64,000 nt of DNA from Fidelibacterota bacterium. Lineage in GTDB: Bacteria > Fidelibacterota > UBA2242. Position numbers and translations under genes: made by a program. The stretch covers positions 2,371-66,370 of the forward strand of contig JADHWC010000002.1 in NCBI GenBank assembly GCA_016783665.1, read 5' to 3'. Under the pieces are notes generated by a model. It was not told the origin of the DNA. It saw only the letters and a list, made by a program, of their open reading frames with translations, and did not search any database. Positions 7,810 through 18,166 of the stretch are shown piece by piece; positions within the stretch are counted from its first letter, which is position 1, and every line of letters starts with the position of its first letter.

Positions 7810-9519
7810 ATGAACCATATTTATAGAATAATTTTGTTATCTTGTCTATTATGGTTTCCGGTAATGGGAAAAGATTCCTTTACGGCGATTAAAGAATATA
7901 TTGATTCCGGTACTGCCGACCATCGATATCAATACTCCGCTTCAACAAGTGAAGTATTGGCAATTAAATCTGTAATGATCCATCCTGAACATCGGGAAAA
8001 GATATTAGGGAAAGCCCAATTCAGCAGACCGGTATTGGATAAAAACTATATTAGCGCTGACGGTCATTTTAAAATCCACTATACCACCTCAGGATATCAT
8101 GCGGTCGATACAATCTCAACTCATGTACCCGGTGTGCCTGATTGGGTCTGGGAAACGGCTGAAACCGCTGAATATGCCTACAGATTGCTTGTGGATACTC
8201 TTGGATTTGATCCGCCGCCTCAGGATAATTACGGCGGACCGGAATCGGATATTTATATCAAGAATTGGGAGGGGACGTATCCATTACCATATGCTTATAC
8301 ATATCCCGAAGATCCTGTCACTTCTACAACTGATCAACCCTATGATTATACATCCTATATGGTTATAGATAATGATTATCAAGAACCTGGGTATGCCACA
8401 CATGGTATAGACGCCCTGCATGTAACTGTTGCTCATGAATATTTTCATATGATCCAATTAGGATACAACTGGTGGGATTCAAACGGATTAGTAGGGAGCT
8501 CCTACGGAGACAGATACTTTCTGGAATGGTCATCGACCTGGTTTGAAGAGCGGGCATACTCCGAAGTAAATGATTATGTACAATATATTGCAGCATTTTT
8601 CTATCGTCCGACGGATTATCTCTGGGCTTCAAACTACGAATATGCGATGGGACCATTCCTCTATTTTCTCCAGGATATATACGATGATGAGCTGCTTGTT
8701 CGTAAGATATGGGATAAAATTAAGCGCCAATACGCCTTTCAATCGTTGACTGAAGTGATAGATGAAAAGGGCGGCAACCTTGCAACTCTTTACAATGACT
8801 TTGTGAGAGCCTGTTACTATACCGGTTCACGCTACGATGAAAATTATGCGGTGTCTCCCGATGCCGCCGGTTTTCCGGAATTAATTATTCCTACAGCGAA
8901 CAGGGGCACATTAGATACTCTTTTACAGTTTCAAAGCGATATAAAACCCTTTACGACTTTCCCCTATATGATAACATTTGAAGATAACCAATTTGTAGAA
9001 TTAGATATAAGTCCATCAATACAAGATGTTTTTATCGGAAGTTATCTTATTGATAAGTCAACCACTACGGATACTCATCGGAAGTTTGGAATGGATACGG
9101 ATGTATTTGTTGGTGAAACCCGCTATAATGATCGGTTAATGATCTTAATGACAAACAGTTCGATTGATTCAATCTATCATCTCGATTTGCAGGTTAATAA
9201 ATTGATGGATACTCTGAGTATATCATCGAAAATATTATCAATTTACGCCAATCCATTTTCATGGCAACAACAAAAGCCACTGACTATTGAGTTTCAATTG
9301 AGTCATTTTACGAATAAATTATCGGTGAATATCTTTAACCTGATTGGACAAAAAGTATACGGGCAACATTTGAATGTTTATGACTATAATCCCGGTGTGA
9401 ATGACATTCAAATCCCCGCAGATGTATTTAGATCAAAAAATCTAAGTTCGGGGATTTATTTTTTACAGATAGTAACTGACCGAAAAAGAATTACGAAGAA
9501 ATTTACATTATTGAACTAA
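7810..9519 (+). CDS. Secreted HExxH zinc-metalloprotease-like protein with a T9SS C-terminal sorting domain.
   Basis: Signal peptide. HEYFHMIQ (HExxH). The C-terminus SGIYFLQIVTDRKRITKKFTLLN is typical of the Por/T9SS C-terminal domain. Confidence 0.7.
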   Translation: MNHIYRIILLSCLLWFPVMGKDSFTAIKEYIDSGTADHRYQYSASTSEVLAIKSVMIHPEHREKILGKAQFSRPVLDKNYISADGHFKIHYTTSGYHAVDTISTHVPGVPDWVWETAETAEYAYRLLVDTLGFDPPPQDNYGGPESDIYIKNWEGTYPLPYAYTYPEDPVTSTTDQPYDYTSYMVIDNDYQEPGYATHGIDALHVTVAHEYFHMIQLGYNWWDSNGLVGSSYGDRYFLEWSSTWFEERAYSEVNDYVQYIAAFFYRPTDYLWASNYEYAMGPFLYFLQDIYDDELLVRKIWDKIKRQYAFQSLTEVIDEKGGNLATLYNDFVRACYYTGSRYDENYAVSPDAAGFPELIIPTANRGTLDTLLQFQSDIKPFTTFPYMITFEDNQFVELDISPSIQDVFIGSYLIDKSTTTDTHRKFGMDTDVFVGETRYNDRLMILMTNSSIDSIYHLDLQVNKLMDTLSISSKILSIYANPFSWQQQKPLTIEFQLSHFTNKLSVNIFNLIGQKVYGQHLNVYDYNPGVNDIQIPADVFRSKNLSSGIYFLQIVTDRKRITKKFTLLN

Positions 9520-9534
9520 CTGTCAATACCCTTC

Positions 9535-10128
9535 GTGAATTATCAAATAAAACGTACAAAAGAATTCTCTCAGAAGATCAAGGGATCCAGGTTCATCGGC
9601 AGAGCTTACCCGGTGGAATCCCGTGAGTCGGCTAAATCCATCATCAAAGCAGTTGAAGATGAACACCGCAAAGCAACTCACGTATGCTGGGCGTATCGGA
9701 TACTACAGAAGGGAGAAAGTCTTGGCTATTGCTCCGACGCCGGTGAACCGCATGGATCAGCAGGTCCGCCGATACTGGCAGCGATTGGGGGGCGCCAACT
9801 GGTCAATACATTATGTTTGGTAATACGCTATTTTGGTGGTACAAAATTAGGGATCGGCGGGTTAATCCGAGCCTATGGAGGAACAGCGGCGGATGTTCTG
9901 GAATTAGCCGAAAAAAAATCCTTTATAGGGACGCTCAATCTCGCAATACTGGTGTCAATAAATGATTATTCGGATCTAATGAGGATCTTGCGAAAATATC
10001 GTCTATCAGTTCAACCGGAATTCAGTTCCGAATCAGTAACTGTAAAGATACAAACTACTCCCTGTGATCTGGATCGACTACAGAACGATGTCCGGTCGAT
10101 ATCGTCGGTAATTCTGAAAAACGAGTAA
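9535..10128 (+). CDS. yigZ: YigZ / IMPACT family protein.
   Basis: IMPACT-N like core (GSRFIGRAYPV... HVCWAYR... SDAGEPHGSAG) plus a UPF0029 C-terminus. Confidence 0.7.
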   Translation: MNYQIKRTKEFSQKIKGSRFIGRAYPVESRESAKSIIKAVEDEHRKATHVCWAYRILQKGESLGYCSDAGEPHGSAGPPILAAIGGRQLVNTLCLVIRYFGGTKLGIGGLIRAYGGTAADVLELAEKKSFIGTLNLAILVSINDYSDLMRILRKYRLSVQPEFSSESVTVKIQTTPCDLDRLQNDVRSISSVILKNE

Positions 10129-10144
10129 TATTTTTAAAAAAAAT

Positions 10145-10306
10145 ATCCTGCAATGGCAGGACGTTTTTAGAACCGTAATCATCACGGTGGGCACCTCTCG
10201 AACGGCTCAAGTTTCCTCGACATGGAGGCATGCTTTCCACGCCCGAAGCCCGGCTCCCATATTTTAGGTGTTGGTTCTAAAAATATAGGTTACACCATTG
10301 CAGGAT
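10145..10306. ncRNA. Candidate structured RNA or bidirectional terminator element with nested long inverted repeats between convergent genes.
   Basis: A perfect 12-bp inverted repeat ATCCTGCAATGG (10145-10156) pairs with CCATTGCAGGAT (10295-10306). An inner pair TTTTAGAACC (10165-10174) pairs with GGTTCTAAAA (10273-10282). Together they enclose about 100 nt of GC-rich sequence. The 5'-proximal hairpin CCTGCAATGGCAGG followed by TTTTT also looks like an intrinsic terminator for yigZ. Confidence 0.3.
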
Positions 10307-10399
10307 AAATTTCAAAGATCTCTACTTTCAATATACTTACCATAGACGTAATGGTCAAGGCATTTTAGTATAAATAGTTAAAATATTTCGGGAATGTAT

Positions 10400-11197
10400 T
10401 CAGGATGGTGATGTATTGTCTTCGGTTCGGGTTTGGTTCCAGAGACGATCCATCTCTTCCAGGGTTGTATCTTTAAGTTGAATATTTTTTGCAGCCAGTT
10501 CTTTTTCGATATACTGGAATCGCCTTACGAATTTTTTTGATGTGGAATATAACGCCTCTTCGGGATTTATATTTAAAAAACGTGAAAGATTTACCAGGGA
10601 AAAAAGAAGATCACCGAACTCAAGTGTAATATTTTTATCATCCGACAGTTTTAAGGCGTCCTTTAATTCATCCAGCTCCTCATGCACTTTTTCCCAAACG
10701 AGATCAATTTTATCCCAGTCAAAGCCGACCTCGGCAGCTCTTTCCTGAATTCGACGGGCTAATAGCAGAGCGGGAAGTGTTTTGGGTAGTCCTTCCATCA
10801 GGGAATCACGACCTTCTTTTAACTTTATCTCTTCCCAGTTCTGTTTGATCTCCTTAACGTTCTTGACATTTACATCGCCAAAGACGTGGGGATGTCTCCG
10901 TACTAACTTTTCATTGATATTACGGATGGAGTCAGAAAGACGAAACTGCTTATTCTCTTCGGCAATTTCCGACTGAAAGACAATATGTAATAACAGATCG
11001 CCCAATTCCTCTTTTAATTTTTGGTGGTTATTTTCATGAATGGCTTCAATTGTTTCGTGAACCTCTTCCAGAAAATAAGGCGATAATGATGTGGCGGTCT
11101 GTGCCCGATCCCATTCGCATCCGGAGGGACCGCGCAGAGTCCTGACGATTTCTATCAGTTTGGTAAATTCATTACAAAGCGTAGAATTATCAGACAT
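10400..11197 (-). CDS. mazG: Nucleoside triphosphate pyrophosphohydrolase MazG.
   Basis: Tandem MazG EExxE-type motifs (EEVHETIEAI, EELGDLLLHIV, EELDELKDAL). The track ORF starts at 11290. The likely true start is the internal Met (MSDNSTLCNEF...) at 11197, which removes the overlap with ybeY. Confidence 0.8.
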   Translation of the reverse strand: MSDNSTLCNEFTKLIEIVRTLRGPSGCEWDRAQTATSLSPYFLEEVHETIEAIHENNHQKLKEELGDLLLHIVFQSEIAEENKQFRLSDSIRNINEKLVRRHPHVFGDVNVKNVKEIKQNWEEIKLKEGRDSLMEGLPKTLPALLLARRIQERAAEVGFDWDKIDLVWEKVHEELDELKDALKLSDDKNITLEFGDLLFSLVNLSRFLNINPEEALYSTSKKFVRRFQYIEKELAAKNIQLKDTTLEEMDRLWNQTRTEDNTSPS

Positions 11198-11204
11198 AGT
11201 AGTA

Positions 11205-11654
11205 TTATTTTTTAAACACTCTGAACAAGCGCTTGACATGTATTTGATGCAGATAACGTTGTTGCAAGCGCTCCATTTGCAGTTTTTCATCGGGGTGTTG
11301 ATCGTTATAGCCGATTAAATGAAGAATACTGTGTAGAATAACAAGGATCAATTCCTGCTGGAAAGTGTTATCAAAGCGCCGGGCATTATCTTTGATTCTG
11401 TCGATGCTGATATAAATTTCACCCTCGATTGCCTCGCCGGGCTCGTTAAAATTGAAACTGATCGTGTCGGTGAGAACATCGTCATGGAAATATTGTTTCT
11501 TCAGGCGATTTAATACCGGGTCGCCGGCTGCAATTATAGTAACGCGAGAGAAAGACACATTTTCTCCTTTAGTAACAGTTTCTATAATAGATTTAATTGC
11601 CGGTGATAATAGCTGGAATTTCGGGTAATTGTTAATGATGGAAACAAGTGACAT
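11205..11654 (-). CDS. ybeY: rRNA maturation endoribonuclease YbeY.
   Basis: Conserved HxxxHxxGxxH zinc motif (HSILHLIGYNDQHPDE). Typical size of 149 aa. Confidence 0.85.
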   Translation of the reverse strand: MSLVSIINNYPKFQLLSPAIKSIIETVTKGENVSFSRVTIIAAGDPVLNRLKKQYFHDDVLTDTISFNFNEPGEAIEGEIYISIDRIKDNARRFDNTFQQELILVILHSILHLIGYNDQHPDEKLQMERLQQRYLHQIHVKRLFRVFKK

Positions 11655-14047
11655 TAAGAGCCGGGTTGTTTGGATTTTGCTTTTGCCGGTTTCGAAGGAA
11701 TTTCCTTTTCCTGTCCCGGGTACTCGACACGGAGGTGGTGAAGACCTTTCAGAATCGGCATAATGCCGGTATTTGATTTAATATCACCTTTGATTTTACT
11801 AAGATCAGCAAGAGTCAGCGGACATTCATCCAGTTGCCCTTCCTTAAGTCGTTTTTCAATTATCTGGTCAACAATTTTTTCGATATTTCCTACAGTGGGT
11901 TTTTCGAGAGAGCGGGTAGCAGCCTCGATTGATTCACAAATCATTAAAACTCCGGTTTCTTTGGTACGGGGTTTAGGACCGGGATATTGGAAATCGGATT
12001 CATTAATAAGAATGTTGCCGTCAGACTGTTTCATCGCTTTATTATAAAAAAATTCAACCAGGGTAGTCCCATGATGAGTGGATATGAAATCTATAATTGC
12101 CTTAGGAAGTTTATATTCTTTGGCTAAGCGAATACCTTCTTTTATGTGATTAATAATGATCAGCGCGCTCAGGTTTGGAGCAAGATTATCGTGTTTATTA
12201 ATGTTGTAGGATTGATTTTCGATAAAATATTCGGGTTTCGTGATTTTGCCGATGTCATGATAATAGGCGCCGACACGAGCCCGTAAGGCATTTGCGCCGA
12301 CAGCATCGGCGGCGGCTTCGGCGAGATTGCCAACAGTGACACTATGCGTGAATGTTCCGGTTGCTTCTTTGGATAATGACTTTAGTAACGGATGATTGAA
12401 ATCGGCTAATTCCAGGAGGGTCAAATCGGTTGTGATCCCAAAGATTCCTTCCAGCAGACTGATGATTCCATAGGTAAGAAACGGCGACAGTATGCCGTTT
12501 ATACCTGCGTATAAAAGATTGTTTGTCATTTCCTGAATGGACGAGTATTTTAATAATTCGGTAACGCTGATGGCGATCAGATAACCCAGCAGAATGTAAA
12601 TGATTGATTGAAAAAGCTGACTTCGTTTACGCAGCTTGCGTACCGAATAAATAGCGAAGGAATTCACAAAAACTGATGTAATTATAAAATCGAGGCTACC
12701 CTGCAATTGAGCACCTACAATCATGGTTATGGTTGCGGCTCCGATGAAAGCAATCTTGCTGTCAAAAAGTATTGTCAGCATCATTGCTGCGATAGTGATG
12801 GGAATGGCAAATTCGGAGATGTTAAATTTCTGTACGAAAAATACTGTAAATAGTGACTGAATGACGAAAATGATTCCCAGGAGTACGACCATTTTTGGGT
12901 CTCTGAGAATTGAGCGCCTATACGAAAGTAAAAATGTAATAAAGAATGATGCAATGATCAACACCAATAAGATTTGTCCGATGAAGATGATTGGATCGCC
13001 GATTAATGGAAGACTTTTCCTGAGGCCACCGCGAATATTTGCCCGGCGGGCTCTTTCTTTCGATAGAGATTCCAGCTTTCGGTAAATCTCCGGCGTTATT
13101 TTAGTGTTTGCGTCGACAATCTTTTCATTTTCAAGAATAATACCCTTGCTGATCGGAACCTTATTGACCGCTTCCTGCTGACGGGATTCGGTTTTTTCCT
13201 TATGGTAAATCAGGTTTGGTTTTAAAAATTTAACAATGATCTCGTAACCTGTATTGATGAATTTGGAATTCTGTTCGGGATATTTTGCCTGCAGCGTCAA
13301 TTTCGCTTTTGTCCAGGCTTCTTCCAGTGTCAGTAACTGGTCGTAGTCCACCAATAGTTCTTCATTGTTTTGCGAAATGGCGATGCGGTCGCTGATGATT
13401 TGTTCTTTACTGATATCAAGAATAAGCTGAGCGTAGAGGTTGCTTAAAATCTGTCGTAACGGAGGATAGAAATTAAAGGGGAAGCTGACATTGTCTTTCT
13501 GATTTTCTGAATTGAGTATCAGCTGAGTATAAACGATTGAATTTTCTTCGAACTGATAATTTTCCTGAAGATAAGTAGCCAGGTTTGAATATGAGATTGA
13601 ATCGGTTTGGGTCATCGATAGAATTTCGTCATACCGCTTGGAATAGCGGTAGCGGTCCAGCAACCTTAGGGAGTCTTCGTATTTTTTCTTAGCGGAGCGA
13701 ACCTTCTCTATATCTTTAAAAAAGATTTCCAAATTGGACAGTTCCGTTCTCTGAATATCGTTATCCTGCAGGAAGATAAAGTGAATCTTTTTGAGGGCAT
13801 CATTACGGTCATTGCTTAATTCGGATTCGGATTTCAGTATCGGATAATCAAAGGGAGCAATGACGACGGATTGAGTTATGTCGTTGATCTTGTAATTATA
13901 TTCGCTGTATCGGTTTTTCGGAAAAAGCAAGGCTATAATGACAATAATCGCGACACACCAGAAAAGCGCCCAGAATTTCCGTCTCTTTGCAGATTGCGGA
14001 TCTAAACGATCGGGGTCTTTAGTTGTGAGAAAACTCAGGTTTGGCAA
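11654..14047 (-). CDS. 7TM-receptor HD-domain phosphohydrolase (PgpH/YqfF-like 7TMR-HD).
   Basis: Large extracellular N-terminal region, then a 7-helix membrane core, then a C-terminal HD domain (HHDIGK, HHG). In Firmicutes the homolog sits in the conserved phoH-yqfF-ybeY neighbourhood. Confidence 0.8.
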   Translation of the reverse strand: MPNLSFLTTKDPDRLDPQSAKRRKFWALFWCVAIIVIIALLFPKNRYSEYNYKINDITQSVVIAPFDYPILKSESELSNDRNDALKKIHFIFLQDNDIQRTELSNLEIFFKDIEKVRSAKKKYEDSLRLLDRYRYSKRYDEILSMTQTDSISYSNLATYLQENYQFEENSIVYTQLILNSENQKDNVSFPFNFYPPLRQILSNLYAQLILDISKEQIISDRIAISQNNEELLVDYDQLLTLEEAWTKAKLTLQAKYPEQNSKFINTGYEIIVKFLKPNLIYHKEKTESRQQEAVNKVPISKGIILENEKIVDANTKITPEIYRKLESLSKERARRANIRGGLRKSLPLIGDPIIFIGQILLVLIIASFFITFLLSYRRSILRDPKMVVLLGIIFVIQSLFTVFFVQKFNISEFAIPITIAAMMLTILFDSKIAFIGAATITMIVGAQLQGSLDFIITSVFVNSFAIYSVRKLRKRSQLFQSIIYILLGYLIAISVTELLKYSSIQEMTNNLLYAGINGILSPFLTYGIISLLEGIFGITTDLTLLELADFNHPLLKSLSKEATGTFTHSVTVGNLAEAAADAVGANALRARVGAYYHDIGKITKPEYFIENQSYNINKHDNLAPNLSALIIINHIKEGIRLAKEYKLPKAIIDFISTHHGTTLVEFFYNKAMKQSDGNILINESDFQYPGPKPRTKETGVLMICESIEAATRSLEKPTVGNIEKIVDQIIEKRLKEGQLDECPLTLADLSKIKGDIKSNTGIMPILKGLHHLRVEYPGQEKEIPSKPAKAKSKQPGS

Positions 14048-14067
14048 TGAAGTTTACTCCTTGTTCC

Positions 14068-15060
14068 TTACCAGATGATAGCCGCGGATGCCCAGGTGAA
14101 TCCGGAGCCGAATGCTGCCAGTACGACCTTATCGCCTCTTTGAATTTTCTTTTCCTCACAGGCATCGGCTAATGCCAGGGGAATCGATGCGGCGGTCGTA
14201 TTTCCATACTTATGTATATTACTAAAGACTTTTTCAAGAGGCAACCCCAGTCTTTTGGCGATCGCTTCTGTTATTCTCATATTTGCCTGATGTGGCACAA
14301 CCATATCGACGTCTTCGATGCTCCAGTTGTTCGCCTTCAAAGCTTCTCGTACAGCTTCAGGAAATCTGGTTATCGCATGCTTGAAAACCTGCCGTCCGTT
14401 CATTTGTGGAAATTGGCGACCTTCGTCAATCATTTCTTTTGAAATTCTGGGACATTCATAGCCAATCGGTGCATCGATTGATAGGTCCATGGCATGTTTT
14501 CCATCACCAAATAGATGTGTTGACAAAATTTCACTATCATTATCTGATCGACTTATGATTGCGGCGCCGGCGCCATCGCCGAATAGAACGGCTATATCTC
14601 GTCCTTCCGTTGTTAAATCTAATCCAACCGACTGAATTTCAGCACCCACCAGTAAAATATATTGATATTGTCCGGTTTTGATGAACTGATCAGCGATGGA
14701 TAAACCGTAAACAAAACCCGAACATTGAACCCTGATATCGAGTGTAGGAACTCCCTTAAGATCGAGCTGAGCCTGTAAAAAGCTGCTGGTTCCCGGGAAT
14801 TGATGCTCCGGAGTGGTAGTTGCGACAATGATTAATTCAATGTCCGTTTTTTCTATTCCGGCATCGGCAATTGCCTGTTCGCATGCCGGTAGCGCTAATT
14901 CGGCGCAACCACACGGTTGAGTGACGAACCTTCGTTCATGAATGCCGGTTCGTTCAATGATCCATTCGTTGCTGGTGTCCATCATCTTTTCGAGATCAAA
15001 ATTTGTGATGATTTTTTCAGGGACATTTTTTCCAATTCCTGCGATTTTACTTCGATACAT
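14068..15060 (-). CDS. fabH: 3-oxoacyl-ACP synthase III (FabH).
   Basis: Thiolase-fold KAS III with catalytic Cys in QCSGFVYG, and the AAFGSGFTWASAAIIW C-terminus. The track start at 15093 overlaps recJ. The likely start is Met (MYRSKIAGIG) at 15060. Confidence 0.85.
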   Translation of the reverse strand: MYRSKIAGIGKNVPEKIITNFDLEKMMDTSNEWIIERTGIHERRFVTQPCGCAELALPACEQAIADAGIEKTDIELIIVATTTPEHQFPGTSSFLQAQLDLKGVPTLDIRVQCSGFVYGLSIADQFIKTGQYQYILLVGAEIQSVGLDLTTEGRDIAVLFGDGAGAAIISRSDNDSEILSTHLFGDGKHAMDLSIDAPIGYECPRISKEMIDEGRQFPQMNGRQVFKHAITRFPEAVREALKANNWSIEDVDMVVPHQANMRITEAIAKRLGLPLEKVFSNIHKYGNTTAASIPLALADACEEKKIQRGDKVVLAAFGSGFTWASAAIIW

Positions 15061-15079
15061 AGATAAAAACCCTCCAGTA

Positions 15080-16792
15080 TTAGATGGTTGCACTATCTGA
15101 ATAGCGAATATCTTTTATATTAAGTTGTATTTCTTTATTGTTATTCCATTCATTTTCTTCAATTACAAATACCATATCCAGAGGACGATTACTGATGAGC
15201 ATTTCGTATAGAGTTCCCAGTTTCCATCCAATAGCGCTAATGACAATTTTGTCTTGATAGGCTTTAAACTTCAAATGATTCTCACCGACAATGCGTGGTA
15301 AACCGGATATGGTGATATTCCGGGCAGCGAATAACGGACGCATATTCCCAGGACCGAAGGGCGCCATTTTGTTAAGATGATCGATGATGTTCTGATTGAT
15401 ATCGTTAAAATTTATTTCACACTCGATCTTTAATATGGGGTGGAGCATCTCCTCGGTAATCTGTCGGCTGGCGATCTGTTGAATGCGATCACGAAATTTT
15501 GCTAACATTTTCTGCTTTATCGTAAGACCGGCAGCCATTTTGTGACCGCCATAGCTTTCAAGAAGATCCGAACACTCGGTAAACGCTTTATACAGATCGA
15601 AATTTTGAATACTTCTGGCGGATCCTTTTCCTATCCCGTTTTGAAAGGAGATCATGATTATTGGTCGGTTGTACATCTCTTTTATTTTTGACGCCACAAT
15701 GCCAATGACGCCCTGATGCCAGTTATCATCTGACAATACGAAGATCTTGTCTTTGTATATATCATGAGTGGAATTTAACTGTAATATTGCCTGATCGACC
15801 GTGTTTTTTTCGATACTCTGACGGTTGCGGTTTTCCTGTTCCAGCATTACCGATAATTCATGAGCCTCTTCCTGGTTAAATGAGATTAGTAACTTAACTG
15901 CCCGGGTGGCTTGCCCAAGACGACCCGCTGCGTTTATTCTCGGTGCGAGCCCAAAAACAATATTCACAACATTTAAAGTTTTGTTCGTGAATCCGGCAAC
16001 TTTCAATAGGGAGCTAAGCCCGATTTTATTAGTGCGGTTCAGATATTCCAGTCCTTTTGACACTAAAATGCGGTTTTCATCAAGAATCGAAACAATATCG
16101 GCAGCGGTGCCGATTGCCACCAGATCCAGATGGAGGAATAATTTTTCAATGGGAATATTGTTATTAATTGAAAACGCTTGTAGCATTTTAAAGGCAACGC
16201 CGGCGCCGCATAGCTCTTTAAATGGATAAGGATCGTATTCCCGTTTTGGATTTATAATGGCTAGAGCATTTGGCAGTGTGTCCGCAGGCTCATGGTGGTC
16301 GGTGATTATTAGATCAATACCGTTAGAATTTGCGTAATCAACTTCATCAAAAGCGTTGATTCCGCAATCACACGTGATGATGAGATTGGCTTGATGCTCG
16401 ATAGCGACGTCAATCCCAGGTCGAGACAGACCATATCCTTCTTTTTCGCGATCCGGGATATAATAAAATGTATTAAGACCGATTTCATGTAGAAATAAAT
16501 GTAGCATGGAGGTTGCTGTTGTCCCGTCAACATCATAATCCCCATAGATCATCACCGTTTCTTTCTTCATCAGAGCAATTTGGATACGGTCAATGGCTTT
16601 TTCCATATCCTTTAGCAGAAATGGATCATAAAGATCCTGAATGTTGGGTTTAAAGAAATGATCAATCGCCTCCGGATTGTCAAAATTATGGTTGTATAGT
16701 ACAGTAGCAATTGGGATCGGAAGCCCGGCTGCTGAAGCAAGCTTCCGAACAGTTTCAAGATCAAATTCTTTAAATTTCCAATCGTATTTCAT
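15080..16792 (-). CDS. recJ: Single-stranded-DNA-specific exonuclease RecJ.
   Basis: DHH motifs (GDYDVDG, DHH as ITDHH) plus DHHA1 (GGHKMAAG). Confidence 0.85.
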   Translation of the reverse strand: MKYDWKFKEFDLETVRKLASAAGLPIPIATVLYNHNFDNPEAIDHFFKPNIQDLYDPFLLKDMEKAIDRIQIALMKKETVMIYGDYDVDGTTATSMLHLFLHEIGLNTFYYIPDREKEGYGLSRPGIDVAIEHQANLIITCDCGINAFDEVDYANSNGIDLIITDHHEPADTLPNALAIINPKREYDPYPFKELCGAGVAFKMLQAFSINNNIPIEKLFLHLDLVAIGTAADIVSILDENRILVSKGLEYLNRTNKIGLSSLLKVAGFTNKTLNVVNIVFGLAPRINAAGRLGQATRAVKLLISFNQEEAHELSVMLEQENRNRQSIEKNTVDQAILQLNSTHDIYKDKIFVLSDDNWHQGVIGIVASKIKEMYNRPIIMISFQNGIGKGSARSIQNFDLYKAFTECSDLLESYGGHKMAAGLTIKQKMLAKFRDRIQQIASRQITEEMLHPILKIECEINFNDINQNIIDHLNKMAPFGPGNMRPLFAARNITISGLPRIVGENHLKFKAYQDKIVISAIGWKLGTLYEMLISNRPLDMVFVIEENEWNNNKEIQLNIKDIRYSDSATI

Positions 16793-16809
16793 ATTAGATA
16801 TAAGAATTT

Positions 16810-17183
16810 GAAGTTAGTCGGTAAGCCGAATTCTGTTTCCGGCAGCTGCCGGACGGCAGTCATTTATCTACATACAGCCTTACAACTGATGTTAAGCGAT
16901 CTACCCGAGAATTTAACGGAACGGGCAATTCCAATTCTCTGCTTGATCTTGCTCCAGGTGGGGTTTACCCTGCCCCCGACATTGCTGTCGGGGCGGTGCG
17001 CTCTTACTTTAATCCCGCTTAATTGCAGGACGCACCATTTCACCCTTGACCGCCAAAGGCGGACGGTATTGTTTCTGTGGCACTTTCCTTCCCGTTGCCG
17101 GGACTCCGTGTTACGAAGCACCCTGCCCTGCGGAGTTCGGACTTTCCTCCCCGATAAAAATTGGGGCGACTGCCTGACTAACT
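16810..17183 (-). ncRNA. rnpB: RNase P RNA, bacterial type A.
   Basis: The minus strand reads GAAGUUAGUCAGGCAGUCGCC...GGAAAGUCCG...ACAGAAA...AGGGUGAAAUGGUGCG...GUAAGAGCGCACC...GGAAACAGAAUUCGGCUUACCGACUAACUUC. P1 pairs the 5' and 3' ends. The universally conserved P4 and J11/12 motifs are present. Confidence 0.85.
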
Positions 17184-17984
17184 TCAGATAAATTCCTCCT
17201 CATTAATTGAACGGATTTCACTGGCTTGTTCGTCCCAGTACAGCATCCGTCCACAAAATTCACAACGTATCGGATTCGCTCCGGAGCGAATCTCTACAAC
17301 TTTTTGCGGTGGGACAATTGTGTGACAGCCCCCGCAAGAAACCTGAGCTGGAATATATTCAATATTACCCTTTTTATCTACTTTTTCTTCGAAAACTTGG
17401 CGAATGGGTACAATTGCTAAACCATTCCTGGCTTTGGATACACGCTCATATTCCCTTATATATCGTAGTGAAATAAATTTTACGACAGCTTCCCGGTTCT
17501 TCATTAGTTTTTCTTGAACATCGTTGGTTTTTTCGTTGGTTTTTTCCAACTGTTCACGCCGGAATTTTATTTCATTTAATTTATCCTTCAATGTCAGATC
17601 TTTACCTTTGATTGCTTCTTTGAGATTTTCCATCTCTTCATTTAGTTCGAGGATTTTATATTCTGCCGTGTCGATATTCTGGCGAACAGTTTCAATTTCA
17701 GATGTTAGCGCATCATACTCTTTATTTGATGTAACAAGGTATAGTTGATCCTGGTATCTTTTCAAATGTTCTTTGTTATCCTTGATCTGTCCCTCGAGGT
17801 CTTTTGTTTCCAGAATGATTTCCTTTTCGCGGCTGCGATCGTTTTCAAGCTCCCTTTCCAGGTTGGCAATATTTTTTTCAAGTGTTTCAACAATCTGAGG
17901 AAGATCACCTTTTAATTCGTCTATCTTTAGTAGCTCGTTATCAATCTTTTGTAGTTTTATAAGAAATTTCAAGTCTTTGAACAT
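17184..17984 (-). CDS. Coiled-coil protein with a C-terminal C4 zinc ribbon (COG1579-like).
   Basis: Long heptad-rich Glu/Lys/Leu region, then CGGCHTIVP...CEFCGRMLY. Confidence 0.65.
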   Translation of the reverse strand: MFKDLKFLIKLQKIDNELLKIDELKGDLPQIVETLEKNIANLERELENDRSREKEIILETKDLEGQIKDNKEHLKRYQDQLYLVTSNKEYDALTSEIETVRQNIDTAEYKILELNEEMENLKEAIKGKDLTLKDKLNEIKFRREQLEKTNEKTNDVQEKLMKNREAVVKFISLRYIREYERVSKARNGLAIVPIRQVFEEKVDKKGNIEYIPAQVSCGGCHTIVPPQKVVEIRSGANPIRCEFCGRMLYWDEQASEIRSINEEEFI

Positions 17985-18092
17985 TTATCCTCCGTTCTAT
18001 TCAAAAATGAAAATTGCACCTTCCTGGGTGCAATTTAAATCTTGATATATGGGTTGAGCTTTCTGTAATGCTTTCAAAACCTTACCTTTCTG

Positions 18093-18166
18093 TGGGCGAT
18101 ATCCGATTTGAACGGATGACCTTCCCGATGTGAACGGGACACTCTGACCAGCTGAGCTAATCGCCC
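18093..18166 (-). tRNA. tRNA-Val (anticodon CAC).
   Basis: The minus strand reads GGGCGAT TA GCTC AGCTGGTCA GAGT G TCCCG TTCACAT CGGGA AGGTC ATCCG TTCAAAT CGGAT ATCGCCC A. This gives a clean cloverleaf with a 7-bp acceptor stem, anticodon loop TTCACAT and T-loop TTCAAAT. CCA is not encoded. Confidence 0.8.

Noticed and set aside
10139-10310. Nested inverted-repeat element as SRP (4.5S) RNA or tmRNA
   Set aside because: No helix-8 GGAA/AGCAGC signature of SRP RNA and too short for tmRNA. Left as an unclassified structured element.
10400-15093. N-terminal extensions in the track for mazG (to 11290), fabH (to 15093), panD (from 39292) and the aminotransferase (to 52750)
   Set aside because: Each extension overlaps the upstream gene or adds non-conserved residues before a canonical family N-terminus. 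Internal Met starts were used instead.
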